64,000 nt of DNA from Takakia lepidozioides (GCA_030704615.1 CM060733.1:13578001-13642000); one strand, 5' to 3'; counted from the stretch's first letter, positions 26,318 through 38,735 are shown. Translations and numbers: made by a program. Notes: generated by a model not told the origin, from the sequence alone.

Positions 26318-29300
26318 ATGGACCGAAGGCGCATGGGAGCAGTAGATCCTGAGAGCATGGAGCCTCTGGGAGATGAGGCTGGCCCATCCAATTCCAATGA
26401 GAGAGACTACCGGGAGCTGGTCAGCCTAACCCGGCCAGGCAGGCGGAGAGACAGTAGGCGCAAGGTGTGTTGCCCGTCTGTTGCAATTATTAAGTGTCAT
26501 TTGGCAAGAACCTACATCAAGGGGAAGGGACTAGCTGAAACACGAATTTAACACATGGTTATTTTGGCTCAGCTTGTGGTAGCTGAAATTGTCATAATGT
26601 AGCCCATTGTTCAGCATTGATTGACACCTATGACTATGATTGCCCTGCTAGCCTGTTGGACCTTAGGACACAGTGCAAGAGGCGAGTTGGGATCTGGACA
26701 TTTTGTACTGCAACAATTGTGCCTTTACCCGTTTGACGATGCATGTAAGAGAGCAAAGATACAGAAGTGAATTATGAATTTTGGCCTTAGCTACTTTAAT
26801 GCGTTGGTTGTGGCAGATACGCTGGCAAGCCGTGTGTTTGATGTTGGTGGGAGTAACATCACTAGTATCAACAATTATATCCATCATTACGCTTTTGAAC
26901 ATGGATAAGGAGCGTGAGAAAGAGCCACCTACTTCTCATGAGCGCATGGTCTACAAAATAGCATTTGGGTCGTCTACTGCATATGACTATAGCCCCCAAC
27001 CTGTGTGGGGCCACGGGGTCATCCCCAGCGACCCCGATGCTTGGATTTGGTAACCACTTGGATCACAATCTCTGACATTAAAATTCTTTCCTTGCTTTCT
27101 TTCTCTTGGGCTGTTGTGTTTTGCACTACTATCTTCTCGGCTGAGCTGTCCTTTTCCACTGCCACCCTGCCAGGCAGTGGGATGGCTTGATGTGAGTAAC
27201 ATTTCAGTGAAGGTAGAGACCATATCATATTGTCAAAGTTCAGGAGCACGGGGCAATTGTGGGCACAGTTGTACATACGCACACATGCGGGTGAAATTTC
27301 CCATCTCTGCATTACCAGCAAATAAACTATCTTTATCATCCAAATTTGCTGGAACAGTTAAGGTCGCCTTGTAGCCAACATTCACATGGGACAGGTCAAT
27401 CAGTACCTCTCTCACAGACTAGTACTATCAACCACATCAGGTTCCAGAAGTTTGAGTATTGCTTGATAGCCAGCGATCACAGGAAGGTGTTGAATTAGTA
27501 TCTTTCCCCGAGGGAGCCTTGCATTGCTCCTTCAATCTGATCATTCGTTGTCATCCACGCTAACTGGCCACCAGGTGTTACTTGGTTCTACTTGCAATTT
27601 TGTTCATGCATGCCTTTAGTGTATCATTCGTCATCTCTGTCTCAGTGTCTGGTTTGAGGTGCTGCTCAGACTGTTATTGTGTATGTTAGCCATTCAGTTC
27701 TGCAAGTACCAAGTCATTTTTCTCTGTGCAAAAAGAAAGAGCAAATCAGTCCACAACTGCAGGGGTCCTCAAGGATGGTAATGAACCTTGTCCACTATAT
27801 TCTAATCCCTCCCCTGCACCTCTTCCTCTCAACTGGTTGCAGTGCCCTTCGCAAGGTCTAATGATTGACTTCTAGGAATGTGGATATGGTGTATCTGAAG
27901 ACCTTTGTTTGCTCATGTGGGGTGTTTAGGGTAGGTGATATGGCCTACATGGATGAACCACGCGTCAACTGTGAAGCACTTCCAGGACACAAACAGTGCA
28001 ATTGCAGCAGTGACTGGCTGCATCAAGCTCCTTATTCTTGCATGGCCGGTCCCGTCTGTCAACCCTTCTTCCAACCCTCCATTTCTCCTGCCTCTGGATT
28101 TTGGTTCTTAGGGAAGGGTTTCATCTTCTTAACTCACTATCCAGGCGCATTGCCCGACATGGCTTAGTAGCCTTGAGCAAGCATAACTATCATTCATGAT
28201 TCACTGCATAGGAACTACTTCTAGTTTCCAGAGAGCCATGTCTTTTACCTCATCACACGTTCGTCTATGCACCTTTCCATGAAAATAAGTACAGAAATGT
28301 CTGGATAGCATACAAGTTTCACAGCATCCTTACATTTGCTGATAGTCTCTTGTGTGTATTTGCAGGTGATGTCGACCATGCATTGAGCCGAGTGCAGGCT
28401 CAGCTGTCTAATCCTGACTATGCGCAGGTAGTTTGGTCCGCACAACATGAAGTCCATCAGCTCCCATGTAATTAAGCTTGTCACAGTCTTGTTTGGAGGA
28501 AATTTCCAGACCTTCTGTATTTTATGGCAGTAGGGATGCAATGGACAAGCCATGTCATTCAAAGAAATTGGACAGAAGAAAGAAAGAAAGAAACTTTATT
28601 AAGTCCAGAGAGGCCCAGATTGAATGAAAGAATAAGCTCCATACTGTCCACAGCTATGGGACAAAGTCAAACAACAAGAAACCATTTAAAAACCACCAAA
28701 CCCTGGCCAAAAGCAAGAGAGATGTAATCATTTGACTTCACCTGCTGGAGCCTTGCGTACATAACCCTCCTCTTGATTTGGAAAAAGGGTGGGAGAGAGA
28801 GAAAATCTACAGTTAGGTTTTTGTCGCCTTTGTCAGATCATTTCTTGTGTACTTGGGGGATGATGTCGAGGGAGTAGAAGGGGAAGAAAATTGGATGAAC
28901 ATTGATGATTAAGAAATTTATTCCCGGGGTCCTTTTAGTAAAAACTAATTATTTTTCTGTCTTTGCAGTTCCTGTCATTTATGTGCCCTGGTCACCGTGC
29001 CAAGGGGCTGCATCCTCCCACTGGCCCCGACCCGACAGTCTGCCCTCGAAGAATATTGGGTACCTATGATGACCATGACTACAGCTGGTAAGGGTTCAGT
29101 CCTTGCCTTCTCAATTTTCATCCTCAATATATTGTTTATTCCACACTGCTTCGTCAGGAAGAGGGTTTAGGGTTTTTTGGAGGCTATGAAAGCACTATAG
29201 CAGTTTTGTGCCAAGTTTCAAGTCCTTGTGGGTCAAACCTCACAACCTGCTCCAGAATGGTTAACATTCGGAGGGAATATGTTCATAAGGGGATGTCAAT

Positions 29301-31107
29301 TTCCATGGTAGACGGTTAATGATGCAGCCCCACCCCTCTCTCTCTCTTGCTCTCTCTTTCGGTGGTCCCCTTTTGTTCCTTCCAAACTGGGTGCGGGCTA
29401 TGGCCACAAGGCTATAGCGCACAACTTCTCATGAGTACATTCTTTTGGTGAACTTCTTGCTTATATCAAGGTACTCCCACTACTGGAGTGAGCCCCTCAC
29501 AAAGGTAGTGTCTGTTCCCTCTTGTTCCACCCAAACTGGGTGCGGGGTCCATGGCCACAAGGCTATAGCAAACCACGTCTTATAGTACATTCTCTTTTGG
29601 TGAGCAAAGCTGCAGGGCCCCAACACAAACACAGTTCAACATGTCAAGTCCCTGGCAAATAGGAAACCCCTTCCTTTGTTAGTGTTGCTTTAATTCAACC
29701 CTAAGATGTAATGTGTTACTCCTCACAGGGACAATGGGAACAAGCGGCTACCCCACAAAGATGAAATCAAACAGATTTTCTTGGATGCGATTGGAGAGCC
29801 GATCAGCAGTCCCCGCCGAAATCGTGGACGTGGTATTGAGTGGAAGGTAATAATGAGCTCAATCTCTTGTAATCACTGGATTTCAGCTCTCAGGATTCGA
29901 TGTGAGATTATTATTAGCACCAGCCCCTTATGCAAAGTCTTATAAGAGTTGACCTATGTTTGTAGGTGTTCAGGTACAGTTGTCATGATTTCAGATTATT
30001 TCTTCATATTACGTTGGGCATCATCTGTTCGACCTGGAACCTCTGTCCGATAATAGACAAAGTACTCATTGCCCTTTCCCTGCAAAAGTTAACTACAATA
30101 TACCGTGGAGGGTGTAGTCCCAAAGGGACACTAACCTTCCCAAAGCGGCTGTCAGGTTTCAACCCATCAGGGTCTATGAGACCCAACCTGATCTTCCATG
30201 TGAAGAAGATGAATTTACTGTCCCCAGGAAGCCCAGAGGGCCTGTGGTACCCAGAAAGAGTAAGAGGAAAGAAAGACGAGAGGAAGAAGCAGAGGATGTG
30301 GGAAGGAACAGATGGAGAATGTGTGTGGTTGTATTTGTGTCAGGTGCGTGTTACTCTTTTGTCTGAGATCCTTTCAGTATGGAAGAGATGTTGAGTTGAC
30401 GGGGCGTGTAATGCAATGCAGTACATGTTCAATGAATGGAAGAAGGGAAAGGAGATTGATGTATTTCTGCTGGATGAACGTTACAACCGTGACACTCTCC
30501 CCTGCCATATTCGTCGGGATTTCTGCAAAGATGTGGTCTTGCCCAATTCTGACCACAAGCAATATGCCTGGTATGGATGCAAATTTTCCTCCTAGAAACA
30601 TTAAGTGCAATATTCCAGTGGGTGTACTGGATATTATTGTTCTAGAGCTGTAATTTGAAATAGGTGTTTGTTTTTCCTATGTACTATAGCAAATTGGAGT
30701 CGTAGACATGATTGCAGATGATTCTGTTTGTATGAATCAATACATCATATTAGTGTTTAGACTCCAAACAAGGCTCAGTACCTCGTAAATAAATAATAGG
30801 TGCCAGACTCTTGCCACTGCAGTATCATGTTGATCTTCTAGTATCATGGTGTGATCTGTCAATTACTCAGTTCATCTTTTAGACCATGTTATCCAATATG
30901 GTTGTCCCTGGTGGTCAGATACTGCATTTTCCTCACTACACACTGCACTGAACGACAGGTGTGTAGATTTCTTGCAAGGAGGTGAGCTGGGTACAGGCTC
31001 ATGCTGTGAGAAAGATGACCAAATTTTCTATGGTAGGTTCTCAGCATCCTTTGAAACTCTCATATGGGTGTTTAGACCCTAAATGTACCAGCTGTCATGG
31101 GCATGCG

Positions 31108-31143
<36 letters not shown>

Positions 31144-34100
31144 AAATCTATACACGGGGTAATTGTCCCCAAGCAGTCTGACGGACAATCTGCCCCTATG
31201 TGTGCGGAGCCTGTGCGTCGTGTAACTGAAAGATTTGGTACCCTGAATGGTTTACCAATTCTCAAAGTTTACACAAGACGAGCAAAATCTACACATGGGG
31301 TAACTGTCCCCCCTTTGCAGAACGGTTGGCCGTCCAGGAGCAATCACAAGCTACCTAGACGACAAACAATTCACATGCAAAGGGCTGGCTTGCGGCTGGC
31401 CACTTTCAACTTCTCAGGGTTGACCAACCAAAGGAAACAACTTGAAGTGGGACAAGTTCTTCGGACTAATGATATTCATATCTGTGCTGGGCAAGAAACA
31501 TGGGAAACGTCGGATAAACTGGTTGGAGATGTCATTGGTTATAAATGGGCAGGTAAGATGTGTACTCTCAAGGCAGCCTCTGCCAAACGCGGTCAAAGGG
31601 GTCGGATTCTTTGTCCATGATTTCTTGTTTGACAATTGTGAAATTATCAACAAGGGTTTGAGGTACGAACATAGTATCTGGCTAAAACTGAATTTGAAGG
31701 GCGGCATGAGTACAAAGGACCTCTTTGTTGGTTGTGTTTACATGCCCACAGAGGGGACCCTTAGTGCTGACGCAGACAAGGCCTTCGAAGATGTAAAGCT
31801 GGACTGTGCTTCGTTCCTTGCCAAAGGTCAGGTGGTACTATTGGGGGACTTCAATGCCCGGGTGGGCAAAGGGATCCATCAGGACGATATTATTGGACCT
31901 TTTGGTGAGGACGAGCTGAATTCTAATGGCAGACGGTTAATTAACTGTCTAGAAGAGCTTCAGCTTTTGACCTTGAATAACAGGACAAGAGGTGACCAAG
32001 TGCAGTGGACTCGTGAGAAATCCCAAACTGGGGAACGTTCCATTGTGGACTATATCATAATGGACAAAATTTTGTTCCCCCAGTGTGCCAATGTGTTGAT
32101 CGACAGAACTGATATTGGTACCTCTGACCACTTCCTGGTTTGGACTGAGATCAAAAGGTGTTTTCCCACCACCAAGAGATCTGTGAAACGTTCGATTCGG
32201 AAGTGGCGCATAGAAAAATTCCACAATGAGGAGGTCAAGGCTGAGTACGTCCAGGCCTTGCAAGAGGCTCTCCCTCATTTTGTCCAATCGCTCCAAGAAC
32301 TTCAGTCACGCTCTGTTAACGCAAGAAATGAAGTCGAAAGAGCAGTGGACTCTTGGGAGAGTTTCGTTTCCTCCGTGGCTGACAAGATCATTGGGAGGAA
32401 ACTAATTGTCTGCGGTAGAGCAGTTAATTGGTGGACTAATGAGATTAAACTCAAGATAGCTGAGAGACGAGCCCTCTATAAAGAGTGCTGCAATTTGGAA
32501 ACCGACAGAGAATTGTGGACGAGGTACTACCAGCTCCGTAAAGATATCAATCAGCTTGTTAGGTCTCAGAAGAAATTATACTGGGACAAGTTATACAGTG
32601 AAATAAACTCAAACCACCATGGTGGTAATGACAAGAAATTCTGGTTGGCCCTTCAACGTTTGTACAAGCCGAAAAACGGTCAGCAAGTACAAGCGCTGAA
32701 GACTACTAAAGGTGCAGTGGTGACTTCATCGGTTGACATTGTCAAAACCTTTGAAACTCACTACAGTATCCTTGGCAGAACTTCTAGGTCTAACAGTGAG
32801 GGGTCTTCTGCTGAATGGAGGGACACAGTTGGAAAAACTGTTCCTATGATTCAAAACAGCCCTGATGAACTGGAGTATATTTCAATGGCTTATAATGCTC
32901 CCATTAGTTCTTCTGAGATTGTGGAAGCAATTGAACATTTAAATGGATATAAAGCTGGTGGACCTGGTGGTATTGTCAACGAGCTTATCAAGCACGGTGG
33001 CGATCCCATGATAGAGGCCCTAGTTCTCCTCTTTAACCTTATCTGGAAGACTGAAATGATCCCCTTTCGCTGGCGACAGGGGGTCATTGTCAATCTATAC
33101 AAGAAGGGTGACAGAGAAGAACCGGGGAACTACCGTGGCATCACGCTCCTCAATGCTGTTGGCAAGACATTCTGCAGAGTTATAAGTACTCGTCTCGAGG
33201 TTGATCTGGAGTCTAGAGGTTGTTTCCACGAAGGCTAAGCTGGCTTTCGGCGAAACAGGGCTGTGTGGATCATATCTTCACTCTAAGCCAGATTATCCAG
33301 GGAAGGAAAAAAGAAGGGAAACCCACTTGTGTCTTTTTCCTGGATGTCAAAAAGGCTTATGACACAGTGTGGAGAGATGGCCTATGGTTCCGCCTCTGGT
33401 CTTGTGGGATCAAGGGAAAGATGTGGAGAGTTGTCCACAACTTGTATGCTCACACCAAAAACTGCGTCACTGTTAACGGACAGAAGTCCAACTTCTTTGA
33501 CATAGACCAAGGTGTAGCTCAAGGATGTACTCTCTCCCCTCTGCTCTTCAATGTTTTCATCAATCAACTCCTCGAGGATGTGGAAAGTGAGGGATTTGGG
33601 TTAAGGGTGGGTGATACCACCATACCAGCCCTTATGTTTGCAGATGACTTCGCAGGCATAGGGGAGACTCCAACCAATCTCCAGGAGTTGATTGATTGCG
33701 CGAAGAGATACTTTGATCTTTGGGGGCTAGAGGCTAATGTCAGCAAATGTGCAGTGGTAGCATTCAACGACAGAGGAGAGGGAGGAAGTGATCTTAAGTG
33801 GCAGTGGGGTAAGAGATCCCGGTCCTCCCTTCCTACACTTACCTGGGCGTTGAGTTTTCCTCCAATTGTAGTTGGGATGCACATATCCGGAAAGTTGTTC
33901 AAACTGGCAAGGGCAAAGCTCTGGGGCTCACTAAATTTTTCCACTGCAGAGGGGTCAACTCTGAGGTTAAGAAAACCATGCTTTGTCGCGTTATTAGACC
34001 TGCCTTGGAGTACGGATCTGCTATATGGGTTGATAACTCCAACCAGGCTAAGTCTCTAGAATCCATTCAAGTGGGGGTGCTTAAGGAGTGTATGTCAGCA

Positions 34101-37100
34101 TGCTCCAAAACAGCCAATGTGGCTGTTCGGGGTGAGTTTGGCATTCCGTCCTTAAGCTCCCGACGAGATGAATTCAAGGTCAGATGGTGGGGTCAGCTGC
34201 AACATATGCCCAACACCAGATATCCCAAGTTAATCGACTCTATATCTTGGAAACAGGACCGCCCTGTCAAACAGGCTAAGTCCTGGCAGAAGAGAGTAGA
34301 AGAGATCCTCAAGGACCTGGACCTGGATCCGCAAGTCTTGACCCTGCTGGATAAATCTGACTTAGAGGCTGTAGTGTCCTCAGCCATGTCTGTTGCCATG
34401 AGATTGTCTGATGAAAATGAAGTTAGGCAGAAAACTTCCCTGAAATTGTTTCCAGTCTGTGACATGGGGGAGGACATCTTGGATGACCTCAAGGGTCTAC
34501 CCACTCTCGGCACTAGACTGAAATTTAAACTCAGGGCAGGAAGCCTACCTTTGAACAGCAAACAAAAGCAGAGAGGAAAGGGAGAGTGCAATTGCCCGTT
34601 GTGTGGGCAATCTGAAGACAGTATTCATTTTCTGATGCACTGTCCGGGGTTCTCTCACCAAAGAGACGCTCTCTTCAAATCTATTAAGGGTATTGTGCCT
34701 GTACCCCTGTTTACCAACTTTGAAAGTCTCGAGGCTGAGCCAAAAGCCCAGGCCCTCCTGAGGCCTAGTTTTTGGGCAAATCACACACAGCAGATTGATG
34801 CTTGTGTGAAGGGATTTCTAGAGGATATCTGGAAAACCCGGATTAGTTCTATATATGGAGGTAAGTCTTACTACCAACGTCAGCCCCTGACAGAGGTAGG
34901 TTCTGTCCCTTTTGTTCCCGCTCAAACTGGGCGCGGGGTCAATGGCCACAAGGCTACGGCAAACAACGTCTTATGAGTACAATCTCTCTCTCTCTCTCTC
35001 TCTCCCACAGTACATCAGTACATTAGGCTACAGCAAACAATGTCTTACGAGTACCCTCTTAGGAGTACATACTCGCTCTCTCTCTTCTTTTCTACTGGAG
35101 TGAGTCCGTCACAAAGGTAGTGTCTGTTCCCTTTGGTTCCACTTAAACCAATGGCCACAAGGCAATGGCAAACAATCTCAAATGAGTACACTCTCTTCTT
35201 TTCTACTTTGTCCTGCCATCAGGACCCCCCTTATTCTTTCTCATCCACACACACATTGTTCTGAGCCACGGATGATTGGGGCTCAGGATGGTGTCTGCAG
35301 GAAAGTAACAAGAACAACCCTTTGTATGCTGAGGCTTGTGACCCTGCATCCCCTCGCTTTGGCACCCGCTCTTGGATTGTAGATGGCACTGGCCATTTGC
35401 GGGAGGCTTCTGGCTCCGAGATTATCGATGGACGGGCAGAGTCTCCATTTTGTGAGGTTTGTTAAAGCCTCGAGGGGATAGAGGTATGCGGAGTTAGATA
35501 TGTGTAGTTTAGTTTGCATCCCTTTGCTGGTGCACCCATCCCTTCCCCCTGCGCATTGTATGCCAGGTCTAATCTATTTCTGGTGTTGTCTCCTACCTTC
35601 TGTAGGTGCTGGGGAGAGAGCAACGCTTGTGGCTGCATGACGCCCTCTCGCAGTCGAAAGCCCCGTTGAAGCTGGTTATCAGCAGTTCTGTTCTGCTTGG
35701 CAATCCAAAGTCACAGGTTCATGACTGTCACTTTCCTTCAAAGTAGAAAGTTTGATGCTGATAGAAGCATAGAGCAGTTTTACCACAGAATTATGAGGTC
35801 TGACTTCTTATTGGGCTTTTCGATAAAACCGAGACTAGTCGCTTATGTTGGCTTGGCCAACAATAGCCAATGACGCTGCGCAAAAGGATAGAATCCTTGT
35901 GCATCATCTCTTGTTTTATTACAGCCTCTGATTTTTGAAGTTAACAAGCTCAATATGAAGGAATAGTGGAATCTCATACCAAGGACGGATGTATTCATGC
36001 CAAAAGTAAAAGTGGTCTGCAGGTATGCGGGAGTGCTAACGGACAGGAGGTGGAGTGCTTATGCACAGGCGATGACTGGGAATGCTACAAGCCTGCGCAG
36101 CTACAACTCCTTCATCTCCTCTCGCGTGCCCATGGCTGTGTTGTTGTTCTCACTGGCGATTTCCACTACTCTGATATTAGGGTATCTTTCTTTCACTCGT
36201 TTTTGGTGCCAAAGGGTTTCCAGCAGATATTTAGTTCGTTGGGCTTGCTGCCACACTCTGGGTGTAAATGTATGTGCTATGCCATGGGGACTCATGAAGT
36301 TGCAAGCAGGAGACTGTTGCCTTTGTGGTTTTGTACCTGGGGTCTTCTGAGTCTCTCAGAGAACCGAAGTACCCAGGTCACCATGTAAATGGTTGTTTAA
36401 AGGCCTCCCCTCCTAACAGGAGTGGCCCTGAGGGAAGAAGCCTGTTACATTTGTTGGCTTTCACTGGCGTCATTCTATGGATGCTGCTACTTCCGGTCTG
36501 AAGTGGCTGAGTTTACCCGAAGTCTTTTCAGTAGAAGAGGAAGTAGCTAGTAATGGTTGTTGAAGTAGGTTCCTTACAAGGGCAAGAGTGACTCTAATCA
36601 AGGTAAAGCATATTTGCTTCATTGATAAATCGGGTTAGTCTATTGGGTGTATGTAAGTGAATGAGTAGGTACATAATGCATAAGTGGACATGGATATTTG
36701 ATTAGATTTTTATCTTCAATGAAGCTGACGGAAGCTCAATGCTTCAGTAGACCTGGAAGTCACAGCAGGAGGCAAGTGCTGATGCATTCCATTTTTCATG
36801 TAGATGATGCCTTTGTGTAATTTATGGTGCAGGTGTTGAAACCTGACTCACAGTCATACGCACCACACTATCAGAGCATTAATCTGAATTACCCATTATT
36901 TCAAGTATGCTCCCTCCTCTCTGTCTTTGTGTACCTGTGCGTGTGTCAGCTATGTCAAGAAAAGTCTACTGAGTACATCTCTCTCTGTCCTGTAAGCTGA
37001 TTTGGCTTTTGTATAGCTCCTTTACTTGTCCTCTCTTCCTTTCCCTGCTGGAGGCTATGATGCAAATGCTACAACAAGCACAGACCAGTGTCTGTCCACT

Positions 37101-38735
37101 GCTGTGCTTGTTCCACAGGCTACGATGTACCTGCACATTTGTCGCAAATCAGTCAGCCGTGTCAGGTGGATAGCTTTTGAGACAGTTTTCTAATTTGAAT
37201 GTGGTTCTACAGAGTTTAGAATTCAGGAGAAGATGTTACAGAGATACAGATGGTCAGTTGAGAGGTTTGAAGGGCAGGGCCCCTTTCTTACGAGGGCTGG
37301 ACATGTTTTCTGTCGTGTTTACAGGTGATGGCAAGTGGTTTAACCCCCAGTACAGCAACTAACTTCACCTGTGATGGTCAGTGGCTATACCCTTGGGACT
37401 ATGGACCACTATGAAAAGAGAATGTGCTTGCTGTAGGTTTGTGGGCACAGATGTTCAACCAGGATTTGGGAGAGCAGAAGTAGTGGAAGAAATCTGTGGA
37501 AGGACAGCAAGTGTAGTGGAGAATGGGGCCGGTACTATCACTGAAGGCACAGGGACACTAACTGGCACTAGAGAGGGAGAGAGAAGGTGCTGATTGACTA
37601 CTCCCTGCAAGCATTGGCTGTTAGTCCCGAAGGATGGCAACCCTCCCAGGGTCAGTTGTGGGGTTTCTACCCATCAGGGCATGGAGAGTAGCCTGAAAAA
37701 AAATTAATGTCACACAAAGCAACTTACAATTCAACCAACTAGAGGGCTTTGAGTGTTTATGACAGTGTTGTATATATATATATTGTGCTGTGAAATTGCC
37801 CAGCATGACACATGACCATGATGAGAGGAAGGAAAAGGATAATTGGAGGCCCAGAGTGGAAAGTTGAGTGAGTCATGGATGTGGAATGGAATGCAGCTGC
37901 AAGGAGGGATCCAGTGGGCCTGCGGGACCACCCCGAATGCGACTTCGTGCGAGGCCCTGCCTTTGGCATGGTTCAGGTTGGACCCCCTGAACTCTCAGTC
38001 GTTGATTTGCATAAGGCACTGCTTTACCCTAAACATGACGAAACAGACAAGTGGGAACAGGAGACGTATGTCAGAAAAATCAGGTTCTCAAAGAAAGTGC
38101 TAGGAAATGGCTCTTGAAAGACTCTATTTCTGGGCGGCTATTCACTATATCAACATCATATCTTGATCTAAGAGAGAAAACTTGGATATGTGCCAAAATA
38201 CGTTGTCTCGCTGAGGAATGGGTGATGACCACCCACCCTCGATGTGGGTGTATGTGTAAATATGATCCAGTGAGTGGGCCGTGTTATGGTCCGTGCAATT
38301 TGGGGATGGGGTCTCTTACAGGGAATCCTAATATTAGTATACTCTTCTAGTATGCTGTCATCAAGGGGTTCCTCAAGTAGTGCTGGAAGAAATCAAGTGG
38401 GAGCTGTTTTTTGTTCCCATCATCTATAATCACACATCTTGTATGAGCCTCTATCTGGAATCACCTGCACTCAATATGATGCAAATCTGTCACATCACCC
38501 TATTCTACTCTCCTCCCATCCCCCTCCCCTCCCTTTCCTGCTGTTTCAAACCAAGGGATTCTGTTGCTACACTAACTAATGTACACATTTTTGTCCGGAC
38601 ATCGGTGTGTTGCAGGTTGAGTGGGATCAGTTGGACCCAGTTGTGAGATTGCAAATCAGAGATGGAAATAATGCGGCCGTGATGCTTGAATCCAACATCA
38701 CTTTGAGCACCTGCCAAGCTGTGAGCGGGTGGTAA
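26318..38735 (+). CDS. PhoD-like metallophosphoesterase with N-terminal transmembrane anchor; exons 26318-26464, 26817-27049, 27930-28048, 28366-28427, 28969-29087, 29729-29846, 30422-30570, 30959-31032, 35287-35456, 35606-35716, 36023-36181, 36833-36905, 37325-37376, 37897-37976, 38616-38735
   Basis: Spliced frame gives TM helix AVCLMLVGVTSLVSTIISIITLL, then PhoD motifs IAFGSS, WIWVGDMAYMD, GTYDDHD, FLLDERYNR, LGREQRLWL, VVLTGDFH, ASGLT and FGMVQVEW. Confidence 0.88.
28575..28790 (-). mobile_element. Possible 3' end of an unrelated retroposon with AATAAA followed by a (TTTC)n tail
   Basis: Minus strand reads ..CTTAATAAAGTTTCTTTCTTTCTTTCTTC; no domain recognised. Confidence 0.3.
29361..29597 (+). 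mobile_element. Two tandem diverged 3'-end fragments of the (CT)n-associated LINE in PhoD intron 5
   Basis: Two copies of CAAACTGGGTGCGGG..ATGGCCACAAGGCTATAGC..AGTACATTCT directly after a (CT)n tract at ~29336-29360. Confidence 0.85.
31144..34982 (+). mobile_element. Full-length single-ORF LINE (APE endonuclease - RT - C-terminal CxxC..H..C), disabled; RTE-group/RTEX-like, not L1
   Basis: APE motifs LATFNFSG, GQETW, VYMP, LLGDFNARVG, IVDYI and SDHFLV; RT motifs NYRGITLLN, FLDVKKAYD, QGCTLSPLLF, FADD and YLGV; CPLCGQSEDSIHFLMHC. Frameshifts near 31605, 33250 and 33815, stop at 33236. Flanked by (CT)n on both sides; no ORF1. Confidence 0.92.
35021..35192 (+). mobile_element. Additional short, degenerate 3'-end fragments of the same LINE downstream of the full copy
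   Basis: GGCTACAGCAAACAATGTCTTACGAGTAC and ..CAATGGCCACAAGGCAATGGCAAACAATCTCAAATGAGTACACTCTC. Confidence 0.75.

Noticed and set aside
31170-31240. Hammerhead or twister ribozyme in the LINE 5' end (CTGACGGA, GTCCCCAAGC, GAAA)
   Set aside because: The core is CUGACGG rather than CUGANGA, and the flanking helices do not fit either consensus; kept only as an unclassified structure.
36950-36990. Possible fifth LINE 3'-end locus (TGAGTACATCTCTCTCTG) in PhoD intron 12
   Set aside because: Match is too short to count, although it is in the sense orientation and fits the pattern.
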